A DNA stretch of 64,000 bases from Bugula neritina. Taxonomy: Eukaryota; Animalia; Bryozoa. Every line of letters begins with the position of its first letter. Position 1 is the stretch's first letter. The stretch lies in the NCBI GenBank assembly GCA_964035545.1, contig OZ037773.1:6725751-6789750 (forward strand). Reading direction: 5' to 3'. Shown here piece by piece: positions 1-48,600 of this stretch. Made by a program: the position numbers and the translations under genes. Below the pieces are notes generated by a model that was not told where the DNA came from, made no database searches, and was given only the letters and a program-made list of their open reading frames with translations.

Positions 1-259
1 TTTTGGCAACTTCATTCAAACCTCTAGAGATCAAGCAGGTTAAAAATTACACGTTAAAAGGATGTGATTTCCTTCAAGTTAGAAATTATAAAACTGATTA
101 CAAGGTTTGAAGGGAAAGAATTGGATAAGCCTACTGTATCCTATTCCAGCTTTCACTACAACCAAATCTATTGGATGTTATACCAAGTCACCTCTGGGTT
201 TCTATTATCATTAAAGTAAACAGCAGGTCATGCAAATGCTGAACTTGACTAAAACTTAC

Positions 260-12636
<12,377 letters not shown>

Positions 12637-12853
12637 CCCACATCAATGAATTAACCCTGACAGAAAGTGAACCTGCAGTTAAATACAAATCCTGAGAGGG
12701 TAAAACATACTGCCAAACATTCATATATTGCCGATATATTTTATAAAAATCTGTTAACTGAAACTAAAAACACAATATGCTTAAAGCAATTTCAAAAAGA
12801 AAACTTTAAAAATTGCTGCATTTATTGGTTATTTGTCATTGTAGCCATAAAAA

Positions 12854-13049
12854 ACTCACACACGTTTATAGTCACTATTCCTGTGAGAAACGCCGGATGG
12901 AAAGGGTTTGTTAAAGCGGGCTAAGGACTTATTTAAATGAGGCACAGGAGCAATTATGACTGGATGCTCTTCCTAACATCACCAATGGCCTTTGTCCGGG
13001 GCTCGTGTTTACTAGGCAAATGCTCTAACCCCTAGACCAAGGCTGCTCC
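12854..13049 (-). mobile_element. tRNA-derived SINE copy
   Basis: Same body (TTTATAGTCACTATTCCTGTGAGAAAC...GAGCAATTATGACTGGATGCTCTTCCTAACATCACCAATGG...GGCTGCTCC) with a small internal deletion. Confidence 0.88.
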
Positions 13050-15426
13050 CATAGCAACGAGTCAAAATAGCAACATAGAAAAACAACACAAACATGATAA
13101 TTTAACTGATGATTGCATGGCCTAAATGTAGACGATCCATTTCCAAATATTATATATATTTACCATAATATTCAAATGTGGCTAATGATTCTAAGCATGT
13201 TAAAATAGCCTAGCCGCTACTGAAATAATAATGATTTTCACTATGACAAATGCAATATAATAATTCAATAATTATACTAACGGTTAATTGGCTGATCTTG
13301 TTGTTAAAATGTTATGGTCATTTTATTGTTATTATCACTAATTCATAAAAATATTGAAGTAATATTAATGCTATAAGACATTTATTACTTGGCAGAGTCC
13401 TGCGGTTTGATACAAAACAATTCTTTTAATTTTACTAACCAACTTACCCTTATGCAGAATATAATACCTATACGCTCATTACACAGGTAATCACTATTAG
13501 AATTAATGATACTAAATGTGACACTCGGCCACTATGACTATTATTATGCTTATTCAATATCACTATCACTTTATGAATCTGAATAAATATTTACTATTAA
13601 ATGATAAATATTTAGTAAGATCCATAGCGATAATAAATAACCATAATGATATTCATAAAGGTAATGATGTGATGTTACAGTATGAATATTCATATTATGT
13701 TTAGTATTATTAATTAAGTAAAATTATCAATATTTAATCATAATACTAATGACTATCACTATGATAAGTTGATAACAGATAATAGGTATCATCATCACTC
13801 AGTCTCATGACTTATCACTTATCAGTATCACTCATCAGTAGGCTATCACTATCATTATGATATTTATTATCATTTTAAATATCCTAAATTAAATATCAAT
13901 ATGATTAAAAACTTGAATTTGGAGTAACAGTAAACTGTCTGAGGAGTCAATTAATGTTAAGTTTAACTGTTAATATTCAAACTGAAAATCAAAATGCAAT
14001 TCAAAATCAAAGTCAAAGTAAAATTCTAAATTATGCACAAGCCTAAGGAAAATGTTTAAAAATTAGGCTTCCGTACATTGTTCTATAAAATAAACTTTTA
14101 ATATTTTTCCATTATAATGATTCGATTATGTTTGTTGTTGTGTTAATTATCATGATGATGATGGTGATTACAACACTTGTGTCAAATCAATCATCATAAA
14201 CTGTGAGGTGTAAGCATAAACTAAATCTGCAGCGAATTATGTTATAGTCCGAGAATAAACATTCACGTGCAAAAGCTTATTTGAGTGAAAACTGTACAGC
14301 CTCAACGTATTATGCGTGCTGTCGGCTATAACTAGATGATTGCAGATAACATCGTCGTATCCCCAACAAACTACATTTTATCAATATGGGAATCACGCAG
14401 CTGGATTGATTCAACTTATTTATTAATAATTTATGTGTGATCGTTTACTTGAGACCTTTAATTTGAGTACAGCTTTTTGTTTTGACAAATAATATTGGCT
14501 AATGAAAGTTGTTTTTGAAAAAAATTGTAAAACTTGTTGAATTTAAATTTTATTATCATTATGATTATCACTTTAAGTTTAAGTTTATAAAACAAATAAC
14601 ACTAACAGTGACTCTTAGTGTCGGTGTAGCTTATCATGACATGATTATGATGATCAATATCATTCACTTTATAATTATGATCATCTAATTCTATTGATTT
14701 ATTTATTTAATATCTATCTTTAATCGCAAAACTATATCTAGACTTCAACTTAAACTTAAAGTTTGACTAGAAGACAGTAGTACTAGTACTAATACTGACA
14801 CTAACAGTGGCAGTAGTCATACTCATAGTCATAAATCATAGTGGTACTAGTATTAGGACCAAAATAATTATTTTGGACATGTAATAATAACACTAGTATT
14901 AACGCCTAGCATTTAGCAACTATAAAAGACTCTAACAGTAACTGCAGTTCTAAACTTAATCTAAGGATAATATAGTTATCCTTAGTTTAAAGTTGAAGAG
15001 TGTTGAAAATTCTAATAGATAATTGTGAATGCCATATTTTAATGAATAATTTTATTTCAATGTTGCCATCATTATGATTATCGATATTTATGGTACAGGG
15101 CAACAACTTTGATTAGGGGTAAAGCAATTGATGCTATTTGAGTTATTTTTACTGTTCAACAACAGTTGAAAATAAAAAATTGATTTGCATCTAAAAAAAG
15201 TAATCTAAATGTTAATAAATATCTTCTCAGCTTGTAAGTGGAGCTGTACAGCAACACAAACAATCCGAATAATATATTAAAATCAGTATACAATATTATA
15301 GTATATAGTATCATACAGTATATAATATCATATGATATTGTTTTGATAATCATGGAGAAGTTAGTTTATTTGGTTGAAAAATCTTGTTCTTGATATTTTG
15401 GTTTAATTTTATTAGTTAGCAGTTTT

Positions 15427-33928
<18,502 letters not shown>

Positions 33929-34099
33929 TGTCATGGTATAGACATAGATTCCTGCACATTATAACCCACTTAAACCTTAGGCTATCACATTTCAGCTGCT
34001 CAAGTTTTCATCCATATATTAAACTTTAGCATCATATGTAATATACTAATGGATTGTATTGGTTACACTAAGGCATCATGTATATAGTATTAAGAACTG

Positions 34100-34262
34100 T
34101 ATGTATTCTACTATAGCAGTGTATGTATTATACTATAGCAGTGTATGTATTATGCTATAGCAGTGTATGTATAATGCTATAGCAGTGCATGTGTTATACT
34201 ATAGCAGTATATGTATATTAATATAGCAGTGTATGTGTTATGCTGTAACATTGTATGTATAG
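34100..34262. repeat. 21-bp tandem repeat (CTATAGCAGTGTATGTATTAT-like) downstream of the WDR27 stop codon
   Basis: About 7 units visible. Confidence 0.85.
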
Positions 34263-34666
34263 TATGGCTGTAGTTTGCTCTCATTCTATATAATCTCTTT
34301 GTGATATTGAATCATTATATATAACATTGTAATCTAAATGCTTTGCACATTCATATAAAATGTTTACACATTTCCCATGGGCAGTTTAATATTTTAAATG
34401 TTTGCAGTTTGTTTAAACTACGGAAGCCTTTTTTGGTACACTTTTCATGAATGAATGTTATTCTCTTTATTTTGTTTATTTTACTATATATGTTAGAAAT
34501 CTGATAGGTGTGTAAATACAGTTGAAGTTTTAAATTTTAGTTGGCATTATAAAAATATTTTTTAATTAATTAATTGAATGATCATTGTTTTGTTGTTTAT
34601 GCGTACAAAAGTTTATTCTTCAATTTGTTTTGTTTACATTCTGAAATAGCAATGCAATACAATTAT

Positions 34667-37483
<2,817 letters not shown>

Positions 37484-38348
37484 TCTAAAATGTCTTTCTT
37501 CTCCGAAGTCCAGTGACTAAATAGAAGAAGCTATTCTAAGGTGAGTCTTTCTGTAAACCAACAGCTGCTTCTGTAACCGGTACCAGATGTGCATTTCTAT
37601 TGATAACAGCATAACTAGTGAAATGGTCTCATCTATTCCAAGAGTTATCAGCACACAAGTTATCTAGGTGTCACAGCAACCCCTGTGACTGCTAGAATAG
37701 AAGGTTGTTCAAGTTTGAGATCAAATTTGCCATACTGTATTACTGAAAACTAGACAAGCATTTTATTCCAACATCAACATTGAAGCACATGATTTAACCT
37801 GTTGTTTTAAGAAATAGTCCAATTTTAAAGGAAATGAAGTCGCAGCATACGTCGTTTTAATTGAAAAAGTTTACAATGCCTAAAGCTGTGTTTATTTTCT
37901 GTATTTAAAAAATTTATCAAAACCAATATCAGTTCTAAGTTACAGCATGTATAATAGTATGTGCCGGCATTATATTGAAATTTAGACTTTGATTCAATTA
38001 GCAGAAAAGAACATTTCAGCTTGTTCTACGATTTTATATTGCTACAAACATATTATTTACAAAATAATAACCCTTGTGCAAATAATTTAATGCTTTAGGT
38101 GTGAAATGAATCATTAGAACTTTCTAGACTAGCATCTGTTTAAATAGCCTACAACTGCGGTAAAAATGCCTTTGTTTGTAAACTCCAAAAGCATATCATT
38201 CTTGTTCATAAAAAAGAATTATGCAACACCTTCTAAAATGCTTTTGATCTCATGATTTGAAGTGCATGCAAAAAGTTGAAAAATATCTACACACATGCCA
38301 GTGGAGTTCAGAGAACTGGGTGGGATGTAGCGTTGAGTTAACTTAGCA

Positions 38349-38421
38349 GCTCCTGTGGTGTAATTGGTTAGTAAGCCTGCTTGTAAGCCGGAGGTCTGTA
38401 GTTCGAACCCTGGTTGAAGCA
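38349..38421 (+). pseudogene. Degenerate tRNA (Thr-TGT-like) pseudogene or tRNA-derived SINE head
   Basis: 73 nt with A box (TGGTGTAATTGG), CTTGTAA loop and B box (GTTCGAACC). The acceptor, anticodon and T stems each have several mismatches. Confidence 0.6.
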
Positions 38422-38850
38422 ATTAATTTTCAAAAGTGTTTTGAAGAAGAAAGCTATCTTGTGAAGAGTTGGTTAAAATGCATTCAGTATATAGCTGCAG
38501 CTATTCTATAACAGCAAATTTTGGTAGAACCACTGTTAGAATACTCATACATCCTTTTCATAACAAACACAAAATGTTTTAGAGCCATTATTAATTAGAG
38601 AATTTAAATGACAAAAGTAAAATTAAGCACTTTAAAGCTAGCCTCAAACAAAATGACAATCCCCTCTAGTTCATTTAGCTTACAGTGTGTTTGTGTTCAC
38701 AACACGCACACAAGCGCATGCACTATAAATTAATCAACTTTTGTCGAATTCTAGCTAAAATTAATTAGAGCAATATTAGCTTTGAGTCTCACCATAATGC
38801 AGTTTAGGAATATCTAAGTCATCAAATTATCGTTTAGCATTATATAGTGA

Positions 38851-39002
38851 TTCAAAATAGCCTGCTTTACCTTTCTATATTACACCACGTTTCAAAATAG
38901 CCTACTTTTCCTTTCTATATTACACAATGTCTCAAAATAACCTACTTTTCCTTTCTATATTACACAACATCTCAAAATAACCTACTTGTCTTTTCGATAT
39001 TA
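38851..39002. repeat. 40-bp minisatellite (~3.7 units) upstream of the opsin 5' exon
   Basis: TCAAAATARCCTACTTTTCCTTTCTATATTACAC recurs at 40-bp spacing. Confidence 0.88.
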
Positions 39003-39602
39003 TCGCATTACATAAAGCAGAATCAACAATTTTAATTTAATTTTTTTGTTTTCAATTATAAAGTAATATAAGACAAGGCACATTTGAAGATGCCAGCCTG
39101 TTAAGGTAAGTACCATAATGCTTTTAGATATATACTTCAACTAATGTTGTCAACCATACAGCTCTGTTGCAGCATATATATATTACAATTGCAATTAATT
39201 TTAGTACTTTTTTCTGCTTTTTAGACAATGCAATTATTGTCTTAGTCATTTAATTTTTTTGGTAGAATTCACACATTAGCTGCTACTCCTTTGCAACATT
39301 TATACTATATTGTTTTCAGGGGACTATTAATGGTAAACAAAATAGGATATTTGCTACTATTAAATACTAATTAATATGATTTAGTACAAATCAAGAAATA
39401 ATTATTGATTGACCCAAGATGACACAAACTGTGCATGCTCTTCACTTACATCTACTGTAATAAGGTGTATAAATTGAACAGCTGTGTTACTCGTGAACTT
39501 GCTAAAGATGAGATCGTTCACATGGTACAGCCGTACACCACATGCTGGTTAGTTTCAGCATATTTAGCGTCTCTATCCTTTGCAGAGCCGAGCTACGCTA
39601 CC

Positions 39603-42600
39603 ATGACTGTTGCTAACGAGACTACCTCCACCATCTCCAGTTCATTGACCTTCTCTGTAGATGGGTTGTCAAAAGCAGAATACTTTATGGACTATGTGTT
39701 AGGTAAAGTTTTTAAAAACAAACTGAGTAAAGCTTTGATAGAAAACCTTAAACTCAGCTTTTAAATTTATATTTTTTATTTCAATTGAAATTAGGAAGTG
39801 TTAATTAGTAATCTGAGTTTGAGGTTGGAGCTCTGCGTTGTGATTTATAACTTTCACTACATTAGGGCATTTAGCAATTTATGCTTCAAATTTCTTTTTT
39901 ATATAATTTAGATTCAGTTAGCTAATCTACATAATTGCCAAGTACTAATAAAATTCTTAAAACCTAGTTATATATATGTTATTCTAATTGTAACATAAGA
40001 TAGGTACAGCTCAGAAAACTGTGTTATAGTCTTGGCAACTCATTGTTAATTTATTAAGTATGTCTTTTGTGATAGTTTCGCTGTAAGATTTTAGTTTGAA
40101 AAACAGTCTCCAGTATTTTAGTTAAACTTGACTGCTCCAAAAGAAATTAAAACTGTATAAGAAAGATAATAATAAAGAGTTATTACAATAGATTAAAATT
40201 AACAGATTAGGAGATGTCACATTTTCTCAATAGCTATTTCTAATGCTGCCACACATTTTCAGTGTCATCTGCCTTCAGCTCAGTATGAATATTTACAGTT
40301 ATAAGAGTTTGTTATGACCCCGTAGCTGCTATTCTGCCTGACTGGTGTTATTGTTGACATCTTTCTGTTATTCTATGTGAAAGAGAGTAATTGAGGGTTG
40401 TAGAGATTGTTGAATATGGAAGTTTCTTATCACATGAGTTAAAATTATCATAAATATATTTAAATTATTTATAGATAAACACAGTTAAGATAATATACTA
40501 ACTCCTGTAAAGTTTGAAGTTATAAAAAGGCTTACACATTCCACTTAGAGAATATTAAATTTTTTAACTGTAATTTTTTAAAGTAATGAGCTACAGGTTT
40601 AGTTACATTTTTCAAAATTAAATCCTTTTTGAATGAAGTAAGTAAGTATTATTTCTGTTTTTGTGAAAAAAATGTTGAATTTGCAAAAATTCATGGAGAA
40701 AAAATTTAAGTTTAACACAAACAAGGTATTGCCTGTGATTATACTGGCACAAACAAGTAAATCGATTATCAAAAAACTATATACATAACTATAGTGCAAA
40801 CAATGCAAATACTACTAAAAAGCATAACTCTAATAGATATAATATTTCGAAGCTTTACTTATTGGGTTGCTGCCTTCCAATTTCCCAAACATGTTTAAAG
40901 TTGAGCAGTAAAATTGCATCTCTTTAAAACATGTTATATACTTACCTAAATGATCTTTAGAATTTTAGCTTTCAATTTCCAGCCTTCCATTGATTTTGAT
41001 GCCAATCTCCTATACTTACAGTTTAAGTTCTTGCAAGTTATTACAACTTTGTAATGCTTGATCTTGATATTAACAGAGAAATAGTAGTATATGCATGTTG
41101 ATCAGAACGAAATTATACTTTAAATATTTTTCGCTCCATATAACATTATTTTAAAGGCACAGCATGTTTATTCTGTATCAAAAAATGGGGTGTAAACTTT
41201 TGGCATGGATAAAGTTTGAGCAATTATGCTATAAAACCTACATAATTTGATGATATGATATGATGAAGTTTTAAGATCTTTCAGCAACAAGTTTTTTTCT
41301 ATTTTAGGAATCCTGATGGTTTTGCTCACAATAATTGGAATATTTGCCAATACATCAGTAGTTGTACTATTCACATTGCCAAGTAGAAAGAAGATACATT
41401 CTAGAGTGACTAACTTACTGAGAAGTTTGGCAGTGAGTGATGGAGCCATGGCACTCGTTGGTGGTACTATGTTTGCAGTCAACTGTTTCCACCACAAGTG
41501 GGTGTTTGGAAGAGAAGGTAAGAATATAATTAATAATGCCTAACAGTCATAAAAAGTATTGAATATGATGAACATAATGTTGCCCATTCTCTACAAAGAT
41601 AAAAACAAATATGGGAAGAGGGTCACGATTGCAATATTTGTTTCACAAAGTTGTAAAAACTGTTTTGCTGAAAAGTTATTAAAGCTTGAGTCTTCTACTC
41701 TCAATACATTTTGACATTGCTGTGATTAAAGCAGGGGTTCCCGATCACACCCCCTCTACTTTGTCACTACAATCACATTGGTATACTAGGGCTATTTTCT
41801 CTGAACTGCTACTAGATGCATTGGGAGAATTACTATTAATAAACCTTACCATTATTTTACTTTTCAAACTCTATAAGTTTGCTATGCAGTCAAACAGTTC
41901 ACCTTAGTAATGTCAAGACACCAGCAAACAAAAAGTGCTGTTATCTGGGATGTTATCTTTAGAAAATTCTTTAACTTTTATTCATTTACAGATGTGATTC
42001 TTTTTTTTATCTTTATTGAGCTGGGTAGATTAGGCAGTAAAATAGACACTTTTTTATTCTGCAAGTTACGCTATCAAAATAATTGTGTAATTTATCTGCC
42101 TAAATTTAGATAAATAAGCATAATTATTGTAAACACTTTTGATATATCTGTATGATATAGAAAAACAATAAGTTTAGTTTTAAAATATTCCACACACAGC
42201 TCACACAGCACACATCAATTTAACTAGAATGTACCTATTTTTGTGTACATCACTAGTAACATTTCAATGCTCTGTGTACATTAAACTTAGATCAATATAC
42301 TTATATATAATTATTTAATGCATTAGACACTTAATATATGCTATACTAAGTGAATCAATGTGATAAATTATTAATTAGATCTTGTCACTTACGGAAGTGA
42401 ATGGTTTTTAATAAATTCTAAAATATATTAACTTATATGATTATATATGTTGTATCGCCTGCTCCTTGTTTGTCGGTTTTAAGACTACTGCAAACTGTGA
42501 GCTGGGACCTTTGCTATTGTTTAGCGCTTTTTACATAATATCCTCTTTGTTTGCTGTCTCTGCCTTATTTTTCAGACCAGAGAAGTAAAAGCTTTTAACC

Positions 42601-45600
42601 AATAACAAAGCAGTAAAGATGTTTCTTCCATGGATGTAAAAACCGATAGGCAAATTTTGTAGCGCTAATTAGTCTGATTTACCAGCATAATTTAATTAGA
42701 GTTATTAGCTGAATTTATAGTAAAACTGACAAAAGTAAGAAGCACTGGCTTTGTTTAATCAAATGTATAAGAGGAACTTCATTAAATTTACTATAAAATT
42801 TAGCTAGATTTATTACAGAGCATAAATAAGCTAAATTTACCACTAAGATATTTATTTGCATGACTTGGCTGGATTTGCTAAATATAATTTAGCTAAAACA
42901 ATTAACATATATTAGCCAGATTTAACAGAATCTGGTAACTTTCGAAGGGCTACGCCCATAAATAGAATATTAATAATCGTAACATTCAACCAATCAAAGC
43001 TCAGCCATCAGCCAATTAAATGGGCTTATTGTAGCTGTAAAGTCACAAGCTCAATAGCAGGGATAAACTCTCATACTTTACCAAGATCTGAATTGAAATA
43101 ACTCATTTTTGCTGCGTTAAAGATAGTTACTTCTTAACCTTTCATTCTTTTTTTTATCTGTTTTTTTCAAGAAATAGGTTTTGATAGCTTATTGAATTAT
43201 GTGAAAACTTGAAAACAAACTAAAAATGAAAATCCCACATCGGACAAAAAATAGAAATATTAACATAGTATGTTGATTTTATACAAGATATGCAACATTT
43301 TCATATAATAACAAAAATAGTTATATTGGCATATTAGAAAACCTGAGATTGTTTCAGGACTGTTTAATGTACCCACGGTGTACAAATATACCAAACAAAT
43401 GGAGTAAACAAGAAACAACCACACTTTTACGGTCAACTCACTACAAAAACTCAAAAACTACTAAAATGCTAATTACACATTTATTTTTTGACAGCTCGCT
43501 AAGTACATGGAAAATCCTAAAACTGACATAATAATTAGGTTGATGAGCTAGGTCAATGATAACCTAGGACCTTGCTATGTAGCAATCAAAAATATGGGTA
43601 GTTAAAAGCTAAAACTCATAAATTTGCACATTTTCTAAGCTTTCCATTTTTTAAAGTGCTGATTTAAAAAATACTTCAATTAAGAGTTTTTGAATTACAA
43701 ATAGAATTAAATAAAAGTAGAAAGTTAACATTTCCTTATAACTATTTCTGAAAATTTGTGCGGCTACAGTTATAAGTGCTGTATTATTCCGTTTAAAGTA
43801 AGCAAAATCTATCATTCTTCATACTAATTATTTTAGGCTGTGTTTTTCATGGAGTCATAATGTTTTGGTGTGGAGTTACATCCATAGCCCATCTTGCTGC
43901 CATAGCCTTAGAGAGATGGTACACCATGACGCATATTCAATGGTCTGTGGCCAACAAATATAAAGTGTCAAAACGTGTTTATCTAATAATCTTCTTTTGC
44001 TGGTTGTTTGGATTCTGCTGGGCAATCTCTCCAGTGGCAGGTACGTTCAGTGCTTATCTAAGTTGTAAAGTTTTATTTTGATTCTTTTAGTATTTATAGT
44101 TGTTATCCTAATACCGATTTTATTGATTATATTTTCATTTATGATCTCATGTACCTTGTTTTGAATAAGTAGGTATATTTTTAATTTCTCATGTACTTTG
44201 CTTTCATTAGGTATTAGTATTTTCAACTTCCTAATTTTTTTAATAATTTTCAAAGTGCTAAACTTATACCTACTCCATGTATTTTTTGAAGCATTTATAT
44301 TGAGTATTATATATGATCCTATACGTCAAAGGTTGAAAAGGGCTAGGGCAGATGTTGGTAAACTAAGTGACTACCTAATTTAAAATTTTCATTGTTGTAT
44401 TTACATCATCTCAAAACAAAATGTTTTCTGAAAAACAAAGCTTATTCAAGACTCCTGACTATTTTTACAATTATTGATATGAGTAAAGACTGCTAGATAG
44501 TCTGCCATAAGCTTTTATATTTTTTTACCGCCTTAAGATGTTGTGTCAATTACCTGCATCTTACTTCAATTTTTTTTAATCATATTATGCATGCAATTGG
44601 TATAAGGACCTTTAACTTGATGTGTGAAAACTATTGGACTTGCAGTAGAACTAACTTTAAGCTTTAGTAAACGCTGCTTCTATGTTAACAGGTGATTTCA
44701 TGAATGAAGGGAGTATTGAATGGGTTCTATGGCCTAAGGTCTGATGTATTATTCGATACAAAAACTACCTGCAGCCTACTTCTAGCTCTGACTTGTATAG
44801 GTCATATAATGACCTCATGCGGTCACATGTTTGTGATATAACTTCTGAAAGCATGTACGGCCTCCATAAAAACTGGTGACATCATTATATGTCATGGTTA
44901 CATAAAATATTATTACACTGAGAAAATCTATATTCACATTCTGACGGCAAATAAACTCACGTGAGTTTATAGGCACTGATGGAAAGGGGTCTTTTAAAGT
45001 GTCTTATAAATATGTAGAGCAATTATGACTGGATGCTCTTCTTAACATCACTAATGCCCTTTAATGGGCAAATGCTTTTTACTATTTGCTTTACATTTGG
45101 CTATAGGATTACAGAGATACACTGAAGAAGGGAGAGTGTCTTGCTCATTAGATTGGTTCAACTCATCTCCTGGATACAAAGCTTTCAACTTGACTATCCT
45201 GGTTGCTGTATTCTTTATCCCAGGTCTCATCATGCTCACCACAAACATCATCATATTCAAAGTGGTAACTACTTTCTTCAAAAAACTAGTAATATTATTA
45301 AAGTTTAAACCCACATTTTTGGTGGTGGAAAAATTTTCAGAAAAGTTTAACAGCTGTGTTCTTCCAACCAGAACTTGCAGGCCAAAGCATTTATTGTCAG
45401 CTTTCTTAAATGCATTTAAAATGAGCTGGTAATACCACTCAAAATAGATCACCATAGCAACGGACCAATGTAAAGTTTAAATTTAAACAATAATACCTAA
45501 TATTTAGTCAAAAGCTGCCGCTTTGATAGTTAATAATTGATTATAGAGAGTTGAAAGATGTTAGATCTTTGGTAGTTAAACTTAGAAAAATTTTTAGCAA

Positions 45601-48600
45601 AAAGCATTTGATGGTCTTTGATTTATCATTAGCAATGACTATTTTTCAATTTGCTCTATAAAATGCACTTGGAACATTTTTTACATCTAATAAAGCTGAC
45701 TTATACAGTTACAAGCACTAGCTCAACCTGCCATTGACTGCATCATGCAGGTACCTGTTGCTCTAAGTGACAATCTTTGATGTTTGTAACTGAACCTAAT
45801 ATTAGCTTTGGCAATGTCCACTCAAACGCCCAAAGTGAGGAACTTAGATGTCGTAGTAATATGTTTTACATAATAAGAAAATTTCATAAAACTCTCTCAG
45901 CTGCTAACTAACATATTATATTCTAGTATACTTTTACTGTACATGTAAAAAATACCTCTTTATTATTTAAACCTGATGGAGCACAATTACTATTTGTATA
46001 TCTTTATTAAAAGAAGGAGCAGCTGTAGTCTATAAGTGGTCAGAGCACTGGCTTAGATTTGCACATGTGTACATAAGTTTGAATCTCAGCGAAGTTCATT
46101 GAAAGACAAGTACGATACTTAGCTGCCTATATAACACTCTTATGCTATTAGGGTTCTTTAAAAACAAATGAGACTTTAAACAAACTTGAAAATTTTATCT
46201 ATGTTAGCCTTATAAGTTTATTTAAACCATTAGGTGTCTGGATCTACAATTAAGAAAAAAGACAAAACTCTTCTTTCAAGAGAAATAGAACTGGCCAAGA
46301 AAATGGTCTACTCTAAAGGTAAAACTTGTCACTCTCAGATGCATCTAATCATTTTATCAGTTTCTCTTTGCTTGGCACAGAAAATAAATTTATTTAATCG
46401 AAATTTCATGACAAATTTAGTAAATTTCAAAATCAATAATTTGAAATGCCTATCGTTCCTGCTCATGACATCTGAACCGTAAGATTAAATTTCAGGTAAA
46501 ATGAACTTTTGAAAATTTGTTTTTAAAGCTTTTGTTCTCTCATGTAACCATCATCAATTTCTATTTCGAAATAAGACTTTGGATTTAAGTTATGCCTGTG
46601 CTAACCTGTAACATTATATTTGAGAGACAATGCAATGCTTGGGGTTGCCTTTAACCAAGTCATTATATTGCGTAGATACTAGATAGTATAATAACTTTAA
46701 AAATACTCTGCAAAGTTGTTCATTTCTAAACTAATTTTAGTTTAAAACTTATAATTGTAATTTGCAAACACTTTTTATTGTATATTTGAAATGCAATTAC
46801 TTCTATTTGAAAAATATATCTGTTTATGTAAATAATCTTTTAGTATTTCAAGTTGCAAGCTAAAAGTTGCAAGTTATAAGACCATAATTATTGATAAATT
46901 TAATATAATTCAAAATCATGATTTTTCTAAAGTCAAGTAAAAACCTCTATAAGTGCATTTGAAAAATGCAGAAGTGACTTTTAGCCTCATTATCATTGCA
47001 GTGTTCTACCTCTTAGCCTGGGCTCCATATGGAATTGTTAGTGTCTGGGCTACAGTAGATTGGCAAACTCTCCCATCTTACCTTCTTACTTTGACAGCAT
47101 TTTTTGCTAAAGTGTCTTTTACACTCAACCCTCTCCTATACGTAGGGATGAACAAAAAATACAGGTTAGTAAATTCATGTAAATTTACTTTATTTACTTA
47201 TACACTAGCCGATTTCCTTGCGTTATTTTTATTGTTATCTTTTGTATTTTTACTAGTTTCAACACTGTTACCATTATTTTATTATAATAGTTTGTACCAT
47301 ATTTCTTTTGAAATCGGGTTTTGGCTTTGATGGTTGTTTGTTAAAATTGAAGTGATATAAAAGCAAATGATAGATGAAACATGAGCCTGTCTACAATGAA
47401 AAGCGTTATGTTGATTAAGTTAAATTATGCTTAGTTCAAGTAATGAGTAACATACATTATTGCTGATTGGTAAATTTTAATTGGTGTGTTTGTTTATAAA
47501 CAAACTAAATGTACTGTATACTTTCAATAATGGTTAAGTTAGTAAGTCAGTCGGCTTGATAAGTTATTCAGCCAAGCTAGAAGGGCTAGAATTGCGCAGT
47601 AACACAAATCTAATGACTCACAATGAAAATATACGCTGAGGTGTATGTACAACCAGCAAATTCTATTACAAGATACACCTTCTAACTTCTATAATAGTAA
47701 CATGCTTAGTGTTAGTGCACTCAAACAATTCAGTATGTTACCAGCCCCTTATACCTATAATATTACAAACCTCTAAGTTGTCTTCTATAGGTTGTTGCTG
47801 GCATTTGTTGCTATCAAATTATTGTAACTTATATGAAATATTATTAGTTTAAAATTTTGACAGAAAATTTCTTCAAAAGATAGAAGTTAAATGCTAAGTT
47901 TTTTGATTAAGTATATATCTATAAAATCACCTCTGACCTTCAACTTGCAAGTCAGTGTGCTAGCCATTTGCACTACAGTGGCTCTTGAAGAATTTCAACA
48001 CCACAATATAACAAATGTGTTATATCTTTTAAACAGAACAGAGATGTGCGCAATGCTGTTTCCATGGCGACCTGTTGATGCACCTGCAGCTCGAGAAGAT
48101 ACGCCGACTTCCTATAGTATGGAAATCTCAAAAGTCTCGGATGATCAAACCCAATCTCAGGGTAATTAGATAAATTATATAATAGAACACACTATAGCAT
48201 ATTTACTACTTCTCCATGCTTCGAATGGATCCATAATTACACCACTTTGATTAAGACACTGTCTCTATATACATCAAATAAAAACTCTTTTCCCATAATT
48301 CGAAGCATGGGAAAGTTGCATATTGTAATTATTAATGTAACTTATAAACACGGAATAGCAAAGTGGGTATTATAATGCTCAGTATGAAAAGTTTGCTCAA
48401 AGAATTGTTTTTTGTTTTTTTAGCAAGTCCATGACTTTAAAAAGATAATATTTCAATCGTTTTGATAAAACTGTTGTACTTATCAATTTGTCTGAACCTT
48501 TAAAGTTTATAGGCTTAAGCTGCACTCATATTTCAGTAAGTAAGTGATGATACATTCCACTATGACATAATCAAACCCCGCCCAGTAAATATGATAGTAA

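Noticed and set aside
38349-38421. Functional tRNA-Thr(TGT)
   Set aside because: Acceptor, anticodon and T stems are each broken by mismatches, so it is recorded as a pseudogene or SINE head.
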